A stretch of DNA of 64,000 bases from assembly GCA_964270895.1 (NCBI GenBank), contig OZ185446.1. The stretch is one strand, 5' to 3'. The DNA comes from Podarcis filfolensis. Taxonomy: Eukaryota. Of this stretch, positions 37,178 to 51,936 are shown piece after piece (the first letter of the stretch is position 1; every line of letters starts with the position of its first letter). The notes beneath the pieces are model-generated. The model searched no databases, was not told the origin of the DNA, and was given only the letters and a program-made list of their open reading frames with translations. The position numbers and the translations under genes are program-made.

Positions 37178-38203
37178 TTGTACTTCGCCCCCACCCCTAC
37201 CAATCCCATTTTCAAATTTATTCAGCATATTGCTATGACCTTCACTTGCCAGTTCCTCCATGGGGGCCTCTTTTATTACATAACAAGCACAATCTTCTTT
37301 TCCTTGCTTCCAAGGCTGCAAACCGACAAGCACACTACTCCCACACCACAATTCTTCAATATCTTCTTGACCTCTGTGTTCTTAATATACTGTCTGGTTT
37401 TCCCCTTTTCTGTTTTTTCTCCTTACAAATTACCTTATATATTTAGGGTTTTAAAGATATGTGCACATATACAAATTCAATTGTTTCTGTTTTACAAAGC
37501 TTTCCAAAAGATTGACGGCAATGACTGAGCTAAATAAGTAAGAGCCACACATGGCAATACAGATTCATTCACATTATTGCAGAATAAACCTTTAAAATCA
37601 CTTGTAGCAGTGAGGGTGTATAGCAAAACTTTTTAAATTAAATATTAACTTCTTAAGCATTTATCATGTCACAAAAATGCCTGCTACTGTTTTTATAGGT
37701 AAATACATATTAGATGCAACACAGAAAATTAAGCATGTTTATGTTCTGTTAACATCAGTGGGATTAAGACCCCATCACTTACACCAAGCTGCATGGGAGC
37801 AGTTTCCCCATGGCATTTCTGCATACAACTGTGATGTGTCTGTGGATACCAGAACCAAGAAGAGGTCTAATGGCACAGGTTGCTCACATCCCTAGGAGGG
37901 GCAGTGCTAATCAGGAGAAAATCTTTCCCCAGTCAAGTAGTTGCAATAATCATACATACACTGTAGTCACACTGGAAAACATTACAGGAAAACAGCTCCC
38001 ACACATGTACCTGTGAAACGGGCCTAGAAATACTGGAGCTGAACATTGTATTTTCTAGATTATACCTGCAAAAATTATGAAACTCAAATAAATTAACCAG
38101 AATGATGCATAATAATTTAAAATATATATAATAATAAAACCAAGTGGCAGATCCAAAGCCATGTATTAGAAGCAGAGAGATGAAAACCAATGGTTTAGCT
38201 CAC

Positions 38204-40163
38204 CTATGAATGGAATGCATGCCAAGGAATCACCAGGTGTGCTGGCGCTGGAAGCTTTCCTTTCTTCTATTATTTTTATATGGACCTCTCGACGTGCATC
38301 ATTGGGCAACCAACAAGTAGTCTCCGGGGCTGGCTCTTGATCATTTACTGCTAAGATGTAGGACTGATGCCGCAAAGGCTGTGGTGTCTGATGGCCAGAA
38401 GGAGACTTTTCTCGCAAGACAACTGCTTCTGTATCCTCATCTACAACATCCCTTGGATGGCTCTCGGATTCTTTTATATTTTCCTTTTCAAACTCTTGAA
38501 CCTTCTGTCTAATAGAGACATCCAAGTTAACAGAGGTAGTTAAATGCTCACTCATCTGTGGGACAAATTTGGCAGAAGCTAAACAGGTAGTAGGGGATAG
38601 AGTACTCGTGTCTATTTCTGTTTTGTGGCCTGGCACACTTTTTGCTTGTATCCTTGATTGTTGATTCAACAAACCACTGTTGTACACATGGTTTAGTTCT
38701 CTTTGGTCTGCGGTAGTAACACTATCCAGGCTCTGATTAAGGGAAAGCGACGGTTTTGCTGCATAGGGTACAGAAGTCTTCAATGAGTTGCTTCTTGTGC
38801 TTCTAGCTATTGAGTGAGATGATCTTTCCTGAAAAACGGTTGTAGGCTTTGAAGTTCCACCAGAGGTTGGCAAATCTCTGGCAGGCTGCTGTGATTTTAC
38901 ATCAGGTGGAGCCTTCTGGAACTGTGGGGTTGACCCTAAGGCTCTGCTGTTTATTCGTCTACCATCTGAGCCATAAGCACCCGGAGCCACAGAAAAATTT
39001 GAGCCTCGAAGAGACAAGTGAAATGCATGCTGCCGGGGTCTCTCATAAATACCTCGCCGATCATCTTGCTCAGTAAAGCCAGTCCACTTGTTAGTCTTTT
39101 TTCTGTCTCTGTTTGAATCTGCAACAAGATTCTCAGTGTGAAAATTTTCTAATGTTTCACCCTGCTTTCCTAAATAGTCCCAAGACTGTGTCCTGTGATT
39201 CCGGGGGCTGATAGATGGTGAGGTTAGCGCATCTTGAGAGGCACTCCTTGGCCACTCCTTCAACAATATAGGATCTTCAAGTCTTTCCTGGGACACACTC
39301 CTTTGCCGTATCTGAATGGACTGTGGGACCCTATCATGAGAGGTGCTTCTGCGTCGTACCTGTGAAACACTGCGATTTGGTACCACTTGATTATAATCTG
39401 TTGTGTTCTGAGATGCTGCTCTTAAACTATCTAACCTTTCCTGTATGGTTCTGCAGCCATACATGTGCAAACGTCTATTATCAATGTACTCTTTGTAGGT
39501 TTTGTAATTTTTCCAGTCTATGGTTTGGTGGGCATTTGGAGAAGTGTAGTGATTGGTAGTGACAGAGGGAGAACCTGCACTTTGAGTAGGAGATCTAGTA
39601 TTTGAGATCCCTTCTGGATGCCCTCCATAGCTTCCAGACTTGCTAGCTATTCCATTGGGATCTATTGGCCTTGTGAGTGGCGTCTGAGGAAGTACAATGG
39701 CAGTGGGCATTGGAGAAGGTGGTGATGTGGTTCGTGCTTTTGTTTTTATAGTGGTTTGTTCCTTAAGACCATATCTTACTTCCTCTATCCGATGTGATGG
39801 ACCAGTATGATTTATTCTACAGGATGACAAGTCTACAGCCTTCTCGGAAGGCACAACAACAGTTCTTACAGTCTCGTTGTTGCAAACACAGACAGCTGTG
39901 TTAGATTTTGCAATATCTGTTGGGGATGGAGGCACTTGTATTTCCATTCTGTAGGCCTTTTCTGGTTGTGCTGATGTCCGTACAGGTCTACTAGCCGGCT
40001 GCTTACCAAGTGAAGAGTCAGGAGGTGCTTTCTCAATATCTTGTGCCTTGACAGAAGGTGGAGATGCTAACCGAGGATAACATATTGGTGGTGGTTCAGG
40101 TATGTTGCGAGCATTACCACTGTAAGCTTCATTGCCTTTCAGGTAGGCATCCTGGGAATATGC
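38204..40163 (-). CDS. ARHGAP21: ARHGAP21 large exon ([16 protein letters not shown]...DSLACIPFI), 1960 nt
   Basis: tttgtatag|GCA ... ATAG|gtgagc. Includes [18 protein letters not shown] and [12 protein letters not shown]. The ORF track starts 72 codons late. Confidence 0.96.
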
Positions 40164-41653
40164 CTATACAAAGAGGATTCAAAAAGAAATGAAATTACTA
40201 AAAATGTGAATGTGAAATCATCACCATGTTACAGGGAAATGAATCCAGCAGACAGCTAAATCCCTTGAAGGGCAAGGATCTCTCATATGAAACAGCTCTT
40301 TGCTACAGGTAACTGTTCAAAGAACAAGAAGTGTCAAATGCCTTCGTTATTACTCCCTGGGTATGAAAATATACAATGGAAAGTCTCCACAAAGTATTGA
40401 GCATGTTTTATATAAGTCAAACAGCAAATCCCAGCAACTAATGGCAGCTGATTAAGAGAACACAGAGATTTGTAAGCATAAACCCAAACCTAGTTATTTC
40501 TGTTCATACACATCCTCAAACCCAGCTTCACAAATTCCTCCTTTTGATCTTTTTTTATGCTGGAAGCTAAAATTATGCAGCAATCGACAGGTTAAATAAG
40601 GAATTCTGTTAGCCTCAGAAAATGTGCAGCTCTTTGCCACATAGAGAAAACATATAGCCTATGTAAATACTATTGCATTCAATACAGATTGCTTTTCTAA
40701 AAGGTACAATTACTATATCTAATGGGAGTAGACAGTGGCAATGCCTTTGTTGGCAGCCAACGCCCACCCTCCTTCCAAATAATCTTACATGTTTCTTAAT
40801 TCCATGAATTCCATACTACTCACAGCAGTGCCATTTTTTAACCCAAATACACCACCAACATACATGCTCAGGCAGCTATTTATAAGCACTTCCTTAGAGT
40901 GGAATGCAGACTATCACAAGCCATATATTCTTTAGGTGCTTCACAATTTCCATCTTACCTTGCATTTTAAGAACCCGACTCCTAAGGAAACCATTTGCTT
41001 TACATATTGCATGTTTCCCTTGCATCAAGACATTTCTGAAACCATCGTACAACTAACGATGCAAGATCTGCCCGGAACATACAAATGCTATTATTTTAGA
41101 CTTTGCCATCACTTCCTTTAGTGGCAGTATGAAATTAAAAGAGCTGACAGCACACAGCTTGCCAATGCACAAATCTTTCCCAAACATTTTTTTTTTTTTA
41201 ACACAGCTTAGGTGTGGTATCATATTACAGCGTTTCCTGCTTAAATCATAACATGCTCCATTCAGCCAAATCAACATGCCCTGCCTTAGCATTAGACAGG
41301 TTGTAAAAGCCCAAATGCAGCCATAAACATTAGACTAAGAGCAAAGTGCTGAGGATGAGAAGGGCGAGGTACTTAAAACACACACACGGCTGCAATAAAT
41401 ATCACTGACAGCATTAGTTAAGTGCAAACGAAATATTAAAAGCAAACTGGCAAGAAATAAACCAAGTAACTAACAAAAACACAGGCACACATTAAAAGGT
41501 AACAGAATCAATATTACAACTGAGATTCAGCTAACCAGCAAATCTAGCTTGCTTTCAGCAACTTGCAGGCTTTAACAGTCCAGCATCTTGCAGATCTACC
41601 AAGAAACACATGCCTTACAAAAATCAGAGAAATGGCTACAGTACATTTCTTAC

Positions 41654-41683
41654 CAGTGCTGTGACATCCTTTGAAAACTGCAG
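41654..41683 (-). CDS. ARHGAP21: ARHGAP21 30-nt microexon LQFSKDVTAL
   Basis: ttctgccag|CTG...CTG|gtaaga, phase 0/0. Matches mammalian LQFTKDVTAL. Confidence 0.92.
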
Positions 41684-43910
41684 CTGGCAGAAAACAGGAA
41701 AACATAGTAAAAGCTGCTTATGGGTGTAAAGACAGAATTATGTGGTCATGTTGAAGCGGGATACACAGCAAGCTAAAAATACATCTACACCGATTTCTCT
41801 GGAAGATACCAAGAGAGGTAAAGGGCAGTGGAGCATAAACAATAACTTCAGCCTCCTTGTGAGCATGTCTGTCTCAGGCTTTTACCTGCTTCTTGCATTT
41901 ATTCCCTAGCCTTCCAGAAAAAGAAAATACAGTTGTGCTGTGTTGCTTCAGTGCATCTTTTCTGCTGCAAACGGAGCCCTCTGGTTGTGCTACAAGGCGT
42001 CCCTTCTACTAGAGCAACATAACGGTCTTTCATCTCCCCTGAGCTGCTACCATCCCTGCTTCCAGATGACGAAACAAGGGTTTCATTATGCATTTAAAAT
42101 CCATGCACCCCTTCCCCACATGCATCGGAACAGAACCACAAGCTGTCAGCTGACTGCAGCTGCTTTCATACTCTACGTCTGACATTAGAAGGATGATTTC
42201 AGAATAATCCTCAGAGAAAAACAGCCTCCCCATGTGATCGTTTTCATTTTGTATATCTTTGGCGTTTCTTCAGAGACAGGCTGTGCTTCCAATTGCAAGG
42301 TGCATGCTAATACAGCTGTCTGATTTTTGCATGCTCTCTCATGACGGAAAATGGGGACTCTGCATTCGTGTACTTTTCAGATTAGGAGGGGGAAATAGGA
42401 AAGCAGACATAGACGCATGAAAAAGCAAGCTGTGGTACAGTCTAAGGAAACAACACATCCGCTCACACTCTGAAATATGCCAATACTGCCTCCCTAGTCC
42501 AATTTAGGCATATATACTCAGCCCAAATCTGCAGGTTTGCAAGATACCCTACTTAAAAACCACAAAAAATGCACCACATTAGCTCTGCCTGAATATATAT
42601 ATATAATCTGGGAATGACTAAAATGATAAATTACAGGAAATGAACCAGTTTTGTATTAATGAAAGGAAAGAAAATTCAAAAGTATATCAGAATATAGCAT
42701 AGTTCTTCTAGATAATTCTTTACTATATATTTTCATTATTTTTAAAGTCAATGAAAAGCATTTTTTTAAAAAAAGAAATATTCAATTTACAACTTCAAGT
42801 TCAAAGCTGTTTAATATAAAATAAATCCACAAGGATGCCATATACAGCAGGGGTGGGGAGCCTGTGGACTACAATTCCCATCAGCCTCAGCCAGCATGGA
42901 CTGAGGGGAGTCTATAGTCCAGCAATCTATGGAGAGCCATAGGTTTCCCACCTCTGAGGTGCACAGGGTAAAGTCTTCCCAAGGCTGGTGCAAGGCATGG
43001 TACCTCCTGGGAAATCCGCTTCCTCTCCTCTTCTCTTCTTCTCTCCCCCTCACTTTTGATATGTTTTGCTGCTAATTTGGCAGCACGCCTATGCTTCCTC
43101 ACTGTGGATTCACTCCTCTGAATGAGACATTCTAAGTGAGGTGGCTCAGGTAAGGACCTGCCCTGCCGCTGCTTTTCTTATGCTTCTAATTGTTTTTTAA
43201 AACAGGAATTTCTAGCCGCCATGAAAAATGAGAGGCAGCAGTACGGGCAACCTCACTCAGAATACATTACTGGGGAAGGAACCCCCTTTGTCAGAGCAAG
43301 GCATGAATAGGGTGGGCACTCCAGTGACCCCAGAAAAAGCCAAACAGGTGACAGCATCTGAGGCAAGTGTGCGGGTGCCTGGGAGGCACCAATTCGCAGC
43401 CCAGTTTGTCCAATGGTAAGGCCACCCATAAGCCTTTCCACATTGTTAACGAGAGAGGCAAACCCAGATTAAAATCAGCTGAACTTGGATCCCACTAAAA
43501 TCAATTGGACAAATTAATGACTTTGGTCTTATTGATTTCGATGCAAATTTACGGCATAATCCCGAATGAGGAGCAAAGTGGCCGAGTGACTATGATTCCA
43601 AAACCCTGCTGGCTTCATGCTGGTCAGGCTGGAGGTGGGCTTACCCTCTTTCCTCCCACACATGTAAGGTAATTTAAAACAAATAAAAGGGGGATTAAAT
43701 ATGTCCCTTTACATATTCTACACATCTCCATTCCACTGGCCTCTGTCCAATGTCACTAGTGCCTATGGGCTAACCTGTGATTTATTTATTTTTATATCTG
43801 GAGCACAGGGGAAACACATCATGCCACAGAGGCTGTAAGAAGATACGGGCCTTATGCACCTCTAAATCAACCAGCTACGTCCTAACTTCTGGACCTGCCA
43901 AATGATACGT

Positions 43911-44053
43911 AGAACTGTAGAGCTGGAAGAGACCCCGGGGGTCATCTAGTCCAACCCCCTGCAATGAAGGAATCCTGCCCACAGCCACCCTTGGGTGGGC
44001 TCGAACCACCAACCTTCTGGATTACAGCCAAACGCACTGCCCCACTACACCAT
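43911..44053 (-). mobile_element. tRNA-headed SINE with CR1-like tail (Squam2-type)
   Basis: Reverse B box (ggttcgagccc) and CR1 tail (gcagggggttggactagatgacc). Confidence 0.7.
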
Positions 44054-45129
44054 GAGGTTTCCGTGGACACTAATATGCTACTGAAGTTATGCAGTTTGAC
44101 GTCACGATTCAAAGTACAAAAAATGTAGATGGTCCCGTAACTGTTTAGACCAAAAGTATCCTCGCAGACCACAGAAGGCCATAAGCCTAACCACAAACAG
44201 ACACACAGCTATTCACTGTCACAACTGCTTCGGTTTATTGAAATGGACGCTAGCAAATTCTGAGCATGCCTGATAGAAGAAAACCTGGAGATTTCTAAGA
44301 GCAGCTGTGGTAGCATGTCCCCATAGCAACAAGCTGCGGAAATTAAGCTTCTAGCCAAGATCCAATTAAAACACACACAACTGAGGAGGCCGCACCCTCG
44401 GAGGGGAAAGGCCTCAAAGTAACTAGGGAATAAATAAATAAAAACCAAAGTAACTGGTGGGGGAAACCCGTCTAGGGTGTGTCCCTTTCAATGCACCCAG
44501 CCTCAAAACACTGGTAACGGAAAGAAATATTGTACATGGGTTATAGGCCTAGAAGGCCTTTCCATTTGTGCAATCTGAAGGTTTGAGGCCTACTGCTCGC
44601 TCTCAGGTTCCTTGACCTTATTGACTGGCAGTAATGGACTTGCCACCCTGAACCTCATAAGTAGTGAATGCTTTACTAGTGGGAAGGGGAAGTTCATACT
44701 GTCTCGAAAAAAAGACAGTTCTAAGGCCTTTACTGAAAAAATCAAATTTGCACTTCCAACCATCCTTGATAGTTATCACACAGTATCCAATGCATCGTTT
44801 TAATTTAATTTTTTTAGTGGGATTTTAGTAGTAAATGGCCTTAAGGAGCGCCGGAGGAAACAGATGATTTAGGTCTGTTTCCAATCCGGTTTTTTTTTTT
44901 TATTTATAAAAGCATTTATATACCCACATCTCATGTAAAATACCAAAGCAGTATGCAACAATGTATACAAATGAAATGAAACATAAAAGCACCACAAAAA
45001 ATATACAAAACAATCATTAAAATGACTGCCTAATCCGCAGAAAAATTAAACTGAATAGGCCAGCTAGTATAAAGGGTCTTCAAGAGATGCCTTGACGTTA
45101 ATCTGAATCTCTTCTGGAAAAGTATTCTG

Positions 45130-45570
45130 TCTCCACACAAGATCGCCCTGGTGGATTATTTACACTGGGGAATGGATAAGGAGATTGAGACCCTATTGAT
45201 TCTTATGGACCTCTCAGCGGTTTAGAGTACCATTAACCAAGGTTTTCTTCTGGGATGTCTTGCTAGATTGGGTCTGGAGAGACTCAGGTTTTTTCCTGGC
45301 TTTTGAGCTTTGGTTTATACAGTTGCCCTAAGATTCTATTCTATTCCCCATTTGAAAAACAACAACAGGAAACTGCTGGCGGATGAGGAATCATCCAGAG
45401 ATTTGGGTTACTGACATCTGCAGGCAGATGACACACAACTCTATCTCACATTTCCATCTGCGTATTTTAAGGAAGCGGTGGAAATCTTGCACAAGTGTCT
45501 GGAGGCAGTTTGGTACAAAAGAAGTGAACAAACTAAAATGAAATCCAGACAAGATGGAGGTAAGAAGACC
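45130..45570 (+). mobile_element. Degraded L2 LINE reverse-transcriptase fragment
   Basis: Translates to LLILMDLSAV*STINQG and ADDTQLYL...KCLEAV (RT motifs) with stops and deletions. Confidence 0.8.
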
Positions 45571-45902
45571 ACCTAATCTGGATGAAGAGATTCAACAGGT
45601 TATTATTGCAGGGTCTGGTTTGGCTCATTTCGGAGAGGCAGTCCTTCAGGTACTGTGATCTTGTGCTAAGACTTTATAAATGAAAACCTCTTGATTAACA
45701 CATGCCATCCACTTTAAATGATCCAAAACTTGCATAGAGAGCTTTGGAAGGGCATTAAGAGCTAGGGAGGTCATTTTCTAGGGAACTATTTCTCACTATA
45801 GTCTTGTTTGCATATAACACTAATTAAACCATGAGTGTTTAGACGACAAGTCTCTGGCTCATGTGCTTTCCCCTCTCCCTCTGTGGAGCTTTGAACTAAC
45901 TA

Positions 45903-46079
45903 TAGCGTTACCATACGTCCGGGAAATTCCAGACATGTCCTCTTTTGGGGGGGCCAACACGCCCATTCGGGAGGATTTTTAAATTTAAAAGGAAATGTCT
46001 GAGGTTTTTCGGGAGTGAGGAAAGAGGCTTGGGCCTTTATTTCTTTTTCTTTTTTTCTCTTCAAGATATGGCAACCCTA
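45903..46079. mobile_element. Non-autonomous hAT (Tip100-like) element
   Basis: TIRs tagcgttaccata / tatggcaacccta. Perfect 8-bp TSD actaacta (45895-45902, 46080-46087). Confidence 0.88.
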
Positions 46080-47914
46080 ACTAACTATAGCTTGCTTGTT
46101 GTGATGTCTGAACTCAGACAAACTTCGGTTAGTGGAAACTACAGTTTACTAAAGCAAGGCAACTTCAAATTATAACTGTAAAAAAAAGCTAAGATTAACC
46201 ACAGGTCATAGTTAAAACACAACACTGAACTGTGGTTAGTTAAAAATAGAAGTTTTTGGTCTCTCTTGGTCACACAGGAGAAGAGGAAGTGGGTCTGGAG
46301 GATTATGAGCTTGAGGTTTGCTGCAGCTTGTCTTTGATTTAAACCATGATTTAGCATTACATGTGAATACAGCGTGAATTCATGGAATGATGGAGTATTC
46401 CTCCCCAAAGCAATCAGCGAATTGGCAGAAATGCCACACCTTTAACATATGAATCGGACTCTCAACCCAGAATGCCTATTATCTGCCAAAGGTACAATTC
46501 TCTTCCAGCACAGTCTGCAATATATATTTTAAAGGAATAGGAATGTAGCATAGGTGTTCCTCTGCAATCTAGGAAAACCAAGTAACCTAACTGAGAAATA
46601 AGCATCCATTCATTTAATAATGGGCACAACCATAATGTGTCTAGCAAAGGGGAAATCCTTTCCTTCCAATTCATATTCTTTAAAGTCAATAAAAGAGTGG
46701 TGACAGTGACATAGAAGAATGCATTCAACCAACAGTTTCCCCTTTCTTCATTTTGTTGCAACCGTTTATTTCGGCAAAAGATAAGACACAGTTTTTCTAC
46801 TGTTTTCGGAATGACTTTAGTCTTGGTAAGACACATAAAAGCTGGGCAGAGTCATCTTTAAAAGTAAAGTAATTTCCATTGGTTTTGAAAATCCCCACAA
46901 GAATACCTATGTTACTCAAAGAGGCCAGACTGGTGCCACTGTATATTGGAAATGGCCCTTAGGGTCATGTTTTCAGCACTTTATTTTAAAACCACAAATG
47001 CTAAGATGTGCCTTTAATTTGCTGAAATGAAACCTTAAATCAAAACAATATCACTTTCAGCAAGGTGATGTGAAAGCATCTATCAGTTTTGCAGGCAACA
47101 AGTGTTCTTCAACAAACCTGAATGGTTTTAAACTTTTTAAAACAGTTTAAAATGTATCATTTCTTTCCTGTCTATTAAATATTTCTGTACATGTCCTCCT
47201 TGCTCTCTATTTCACCACCATGTCTTAAAATATACCCAGATTTCTTCCACATTCTTTTTTTTACAGTGGGCTGTAGGACACCTTGAGCCCTCGTTTAGAA
47301 GAGGCATCTAACAAAGTTACTAAACAAAATGTAATAGTTCTATAAATAAATAAATCATCCCCTTTATTACAGATAAAATATAGATTCACTTTGAGGATTG
47401 ATTTACACTTCGGGTAGCAAGCTTAAGTGTAGAGCTATTAAAGCGTATAAAGGAAAATGCATGTTACCAGATGTACACAAGACACACAATAAGAGCCTCA
47501 ACTAAATCATATTAACATCCATTTTCACTAGCATTTAATAAAGAGGAGGGATTGCTTCTGAGTAATGGATGCCTTAACAAGGAAAAGAACTACTGCGGTT
47601 TTTCCTGGCAGCTGTCTAACTGTATGGCTGGGCCCTATACAGGCCATTTACTTGCAGTATGATAATTAAGGAGAAGCATTATTAGCCCCTCTCCTCCCTT
47701 TTAAATGCTCAATTTGGGTTTACTGTAAATGTTTCATGTGTTCTGTTAAAACAGACTTTCTACAAGATTTTATGCTTGAAATGCTATCCTATAAAAAAAG
47801 TCCACTTAAAATGTCCCAACATCTATCCTGCATTTGGATAAGAGTCCTCTTGCATTATGAGGTAACCTTTATTTCCTTAGTTGTTGTATTGCTTTTGTTT
47901 TTAATTTCAAAGTA

Positions 47915-48083
47915 CCGTATTTTTTCCGTGTATAAGACTAGGGGGGGTTTTACCAAAAAAATTGGTTTAAAATTGGAGCTCATCTTATACACAGGTAGTG
48001 CTGAGGGGTGTTTTCTTATTTTGGAGCCCCCCAAAATAGGGGGTGTCTTATACATGGGGTGTCTTATACATGAAAAAATATGG
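47915..48083. mobile_element. Tc1/mariner MITE, 169 bp
   Basis: TIRs ccgtattttttccgtgtataagac / gtcttatacatgaaaaaatatgg, flanked by TA. Confidence 0.85.
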
Positions 48084-48994
48084 TATACCAGAACCTGTTG
48101 TAAGATGCCTTGAGTCTTGTTTTAGAAAAAGGTTATATAAGAAATTTAATACACAAACCAAACATTTCTGCAGTAAAACCTGGTGTTTACTGCCTATAAA
48201 TTGGTCCAGTTCTAGCTCTTTGGGTCAACATTTAAAGCATTCAAATTTAAAGCATATGATGCCTCCTCCTAACTTAAGAGCCAAAGTACGGTAATCTCAT
48301 TTCTCTCCCCCCACTTCCCATTGCACTTGTTCTCTGTGGTTGAAACCAGTTAACACAGTATACTGAAGTCCTGCTTCAGTGAAAAGGCCACAATAATTTT
48401 AGTTCGAATTAACAAGAAATAGAGCTAGCACAGTGAACTACTTTAACCCAAAATGAATTCACACTGCTGCAAAGGCAAGGAAGAGTGGCTGCAATTAGCT
48501 CTCTCCTTGCTAGGAACATGCGATGAAGGAAGAGGTCTCTATGTACCTCTGCTTGTATGAACTCCTGAAAAATTGAAGCCAATCAGAGAGAGGTGGGTTT
48601 GAATGCACACATTCTCCTTTAAGAGAATGACAATTGGCCCTTACTTGTAACAAAGTCCCAGTGAAAGCAATGGAACTTGTATCTAACTTCCAAGTGGAAG
48701 AAAACCAAAAACAAAACAAAAACAAAATTTTGACCTGAATGGGTTCCTTCAGTCCAACTTTTAAAATGAATTTCAATTTCTTGCTTGAAGAGCAGCTCAT
48801 TCATTACTGGCCTTTGTGCACCCATTTTTGCTGAAGATTATTTCCACCACAGGTATTTCCACCAACTCAGATCAGAGCGTGGCTTTAGATTTTATTCACT
48901 GCCATGTACTGCATTTCAGTGGTTTGTGGTTTAGGTTCCTTCAAGCATTCAAAGGGTAGGAAGGCTCCCCTTCCCCACATTTTCATTTCATATA

Positions 48995-49245
48995 CAGTTG
49001 TACCTTGGTTGTCGAACGCCTTGGTACTCGTACGTTTTGTTTCCCAAATGCCGCAAACCCGGAAGCGAGTGTTCCAGTTTGCAAACATTCTTTGGAACCC
49101 GAGCATCCGACGCTGCTTCCACGGCTTCCAATTGAGAGCAGGAAGCTCCTGCAGCCAATCGGAAGCTGCGCCTTGGTTTTCAAATGTTTTCGGAAATTGA
49201 ACAGACTTCCAGAACAGATTCCATTTGAGAACCAATGTACGACTG
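48995..49245. mobile_element. Tigger-like MITE, 251 bp
   Basis: TIRs cagttgtaccttggtt / aaccaatgtacgactg, flanked by TA. Related to the 62388 copy. Confidence 0.88.
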
Positions 49246-49434
49246 TATGCTTATTCTTAACCGTGTGTGTTTCTAGAACTAATGAAACAACAAATTAAGA
49301 AAAGAAGAAATGGACATTACAACTATAGTAGTAGCATTATTCAGCTTACTCAAGAGCTTGGTTAAAGAGCCAAAAGTTTTCTGGGGTGCTTACAGCCATC
49401 TTACTTTATTTTCTATTTCAGAAGTATAACTTAC

Positions 49435-49489
49435 CAGCTGAAGGATGTCTTCATCTTTTGGCATCACACTAAGTTCTAGCATGCTGTCA
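49435..49489 (-). CDS. ARHGAP21: ARHGAP21 PDZ exon (T)DSMLELSVMPKDEDILQL
   Basis: ctcacag|T...CTG|gtaagt, 55 nt. Confidence 0.95.
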
Positions 49490-51114
49490 CTGTGAGAGAG
49501 GAGGAAACATATTGGTATATTAATAAAAAATAAAATACTGTACTAACCAATTGATAGGAAATTTAATTGCTAGCTAACATATAAAGAGTTGCATTGATTA
49601 TCTCAGGAGTCACTCTTTCTCAACAACCAGCACTGAATATAATGCTCTTTTTCCTCTTTACTCCCATGGATTGTTATTCTCCTTCAAATCATGCCTCAAA
49701 TTCTATGCAGAAAAAAATATGTCAGTTGCCACTTGTAATGTGCGGCACAAGTGTTTTTAGAATCAAAAGCACACAGATCAAGTAGCTGATATGCACAGTA
49801 CCTGTCTTATCCATGTACTCACTATGAGAACATACACTTGCACCCTTAACAATACGGACACTTTTATCCTACATGGAGATTGATTATCCACGTAGATTAT
49901 TTTTTACATATGGGGCAAAGAGCTAACATTGGTCTTCCAGATGTTGCTGGTATGGCTGCAAGGAGGAAACTGGGAACTTTTGCTTCCAAGTTTGGTTAAC
50001 CGCAGTTTAGTGTGCCATCTGAATCCAAAATACGATTAATGTCAACTAAGGTTCCAGTTAAACAAGCTATTTTCATAATCCATGGTTTGAAGTTGGCATG
50101 TTTTGTAATCCATAGTTTGTCCAGATTCAGATATCGTGATAAACTGTGGTTAACAGAAAATGGAAGCAAAAACTCCCAAACTTCTCTTCATCAGTGGTTG
50201 TGGGGAAGCGTACAAGCCCAAGGCTTGCTGCAGCTTGTTCTCATCTCACTGGTTTAGTGTGATGTTCAGACACAGCCCCTGTGTATGTCAGGTACAGATA
50301 TTTATCAGCAAAACATTCTCAGAAACAAATACAGTATTAGATTCAATTTCCCATCACCACCAAAAAGCTGCTAATAAAATAACTTTTCCTAAATAATTGT
50401 TAAGCATTCTAAACTGCTCATGGAATAATACCAACAAATGTCAAGCCCTTATGGAAATTCTATAAGCCATCTTCTTAACAAGCTTTATCCTCCTGCAGTA
50501 TGGTCATATGAAATGTGACCCACAGAATGGATATGAAAGATTGAACATAATATGAGGTGTAGCCCTATGAATTAATTGCTATGTAGAGCACTGATCAAAT
50601 ACATAACTTGCTTTTACTTTTACATCTGCTGCTCAGTCAAAGTTGGCTAGGTGTCAAAAGTATAAAAAACTTCACAATGACATTATCCACAGCACATCCC
50701 TACACTTTCAGTGGGTTGTATCCAATTGGTGTCCCTCTGCTGATGGATGGTGTTTGATCCCAGGAAGCTCTGGTCAGTAGAACACCGATTGTGGTGAACT
50801 TCTGAGAGTCTCCCTCTTCCATGCAGTTTCTGTGCCACCTCCCACACTGTGCCACTTAAGTTTTGGGGGTGCAACAGCTACAAGGGGATGGAAAATCATC
50901 AGAGATCACCTCAGTCCTTGTGCAGCTGATGGAAGGCCCTGCTGGATCTGTCAAGGGCTGGCCAATCCTACACTGCGGAATGAGTTGAACTGGATTTACT
51001 CATTCTATGATTCTGATTATCTTGGTAAAAACAGACAAACCATGCCCCAATCACCTTTCTCAAAACAAACTACATGGAATTTAAAATTATGCAGATTACA
51101 GACACCCATACTTA

Positions 51115-51282
<168 letters not shown>

Positions 51283-51936
51283 TTACAAAGAAAAACAAAG
51301 CAGAAATATTTCAGATGTGTGACTTACAAATAAATCCCCAAGAATGAAATCCACAAGTTTAATTAGGAACTTCATGCATTCATAAGCCCTACTTGTTATA
51401 AGAGGAGCAGGGAAAGCACAAACAAATGACACTCTTTCCATCTCTTTTTAATCATATGTGAACCATTTATGACTTTCTAAACCCTACGGGTTGGAGCCAA
51501 ACTTATCTTTGGAAGGGGCTGAGATTCAGCAGAAGTTCCCATTGAAGGAGTGATTCTTACTGATTTCCTATTCCCCTGGCAGACCACAGTGCCACCTCCC
51601 ACACTGGTCCCTGGTGCTCTGGAGCATCTTTACAGGGGACTGCAGAGAGGATCTGCAAAAATCACATCATCCTACTGCCTTCAGCAGAGCATCCCATGGA
51701 TGGAGTCCCACCCACAGGTAATCAGGTCTGGATCCAGCACATAACATCTTCCTTCCATAATAACAACCGAATCCCAAACGTTTCAGTAAGAGCTGAATGG
51801 GTTGAAACTCCCAACTAATTTAAAATTTTGCTTCCTTACATAAACACACACCCTAACAACTTCCTTGGAAGTTGGAACACTCATGACATCACACCAGCCC
51901 AGCCAATCAGATATGTATAAGTAAGGTAACGGTTAC

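Noticed and set aside
37109-37528. 139-aa ORF with poly-Asn, and the poly-Val ORF on the opposite strand
   Set aside because: Produced by the (AAC)15 microsatellite plus AT-rich, probably L1-derived sequence. No splice or homology support.
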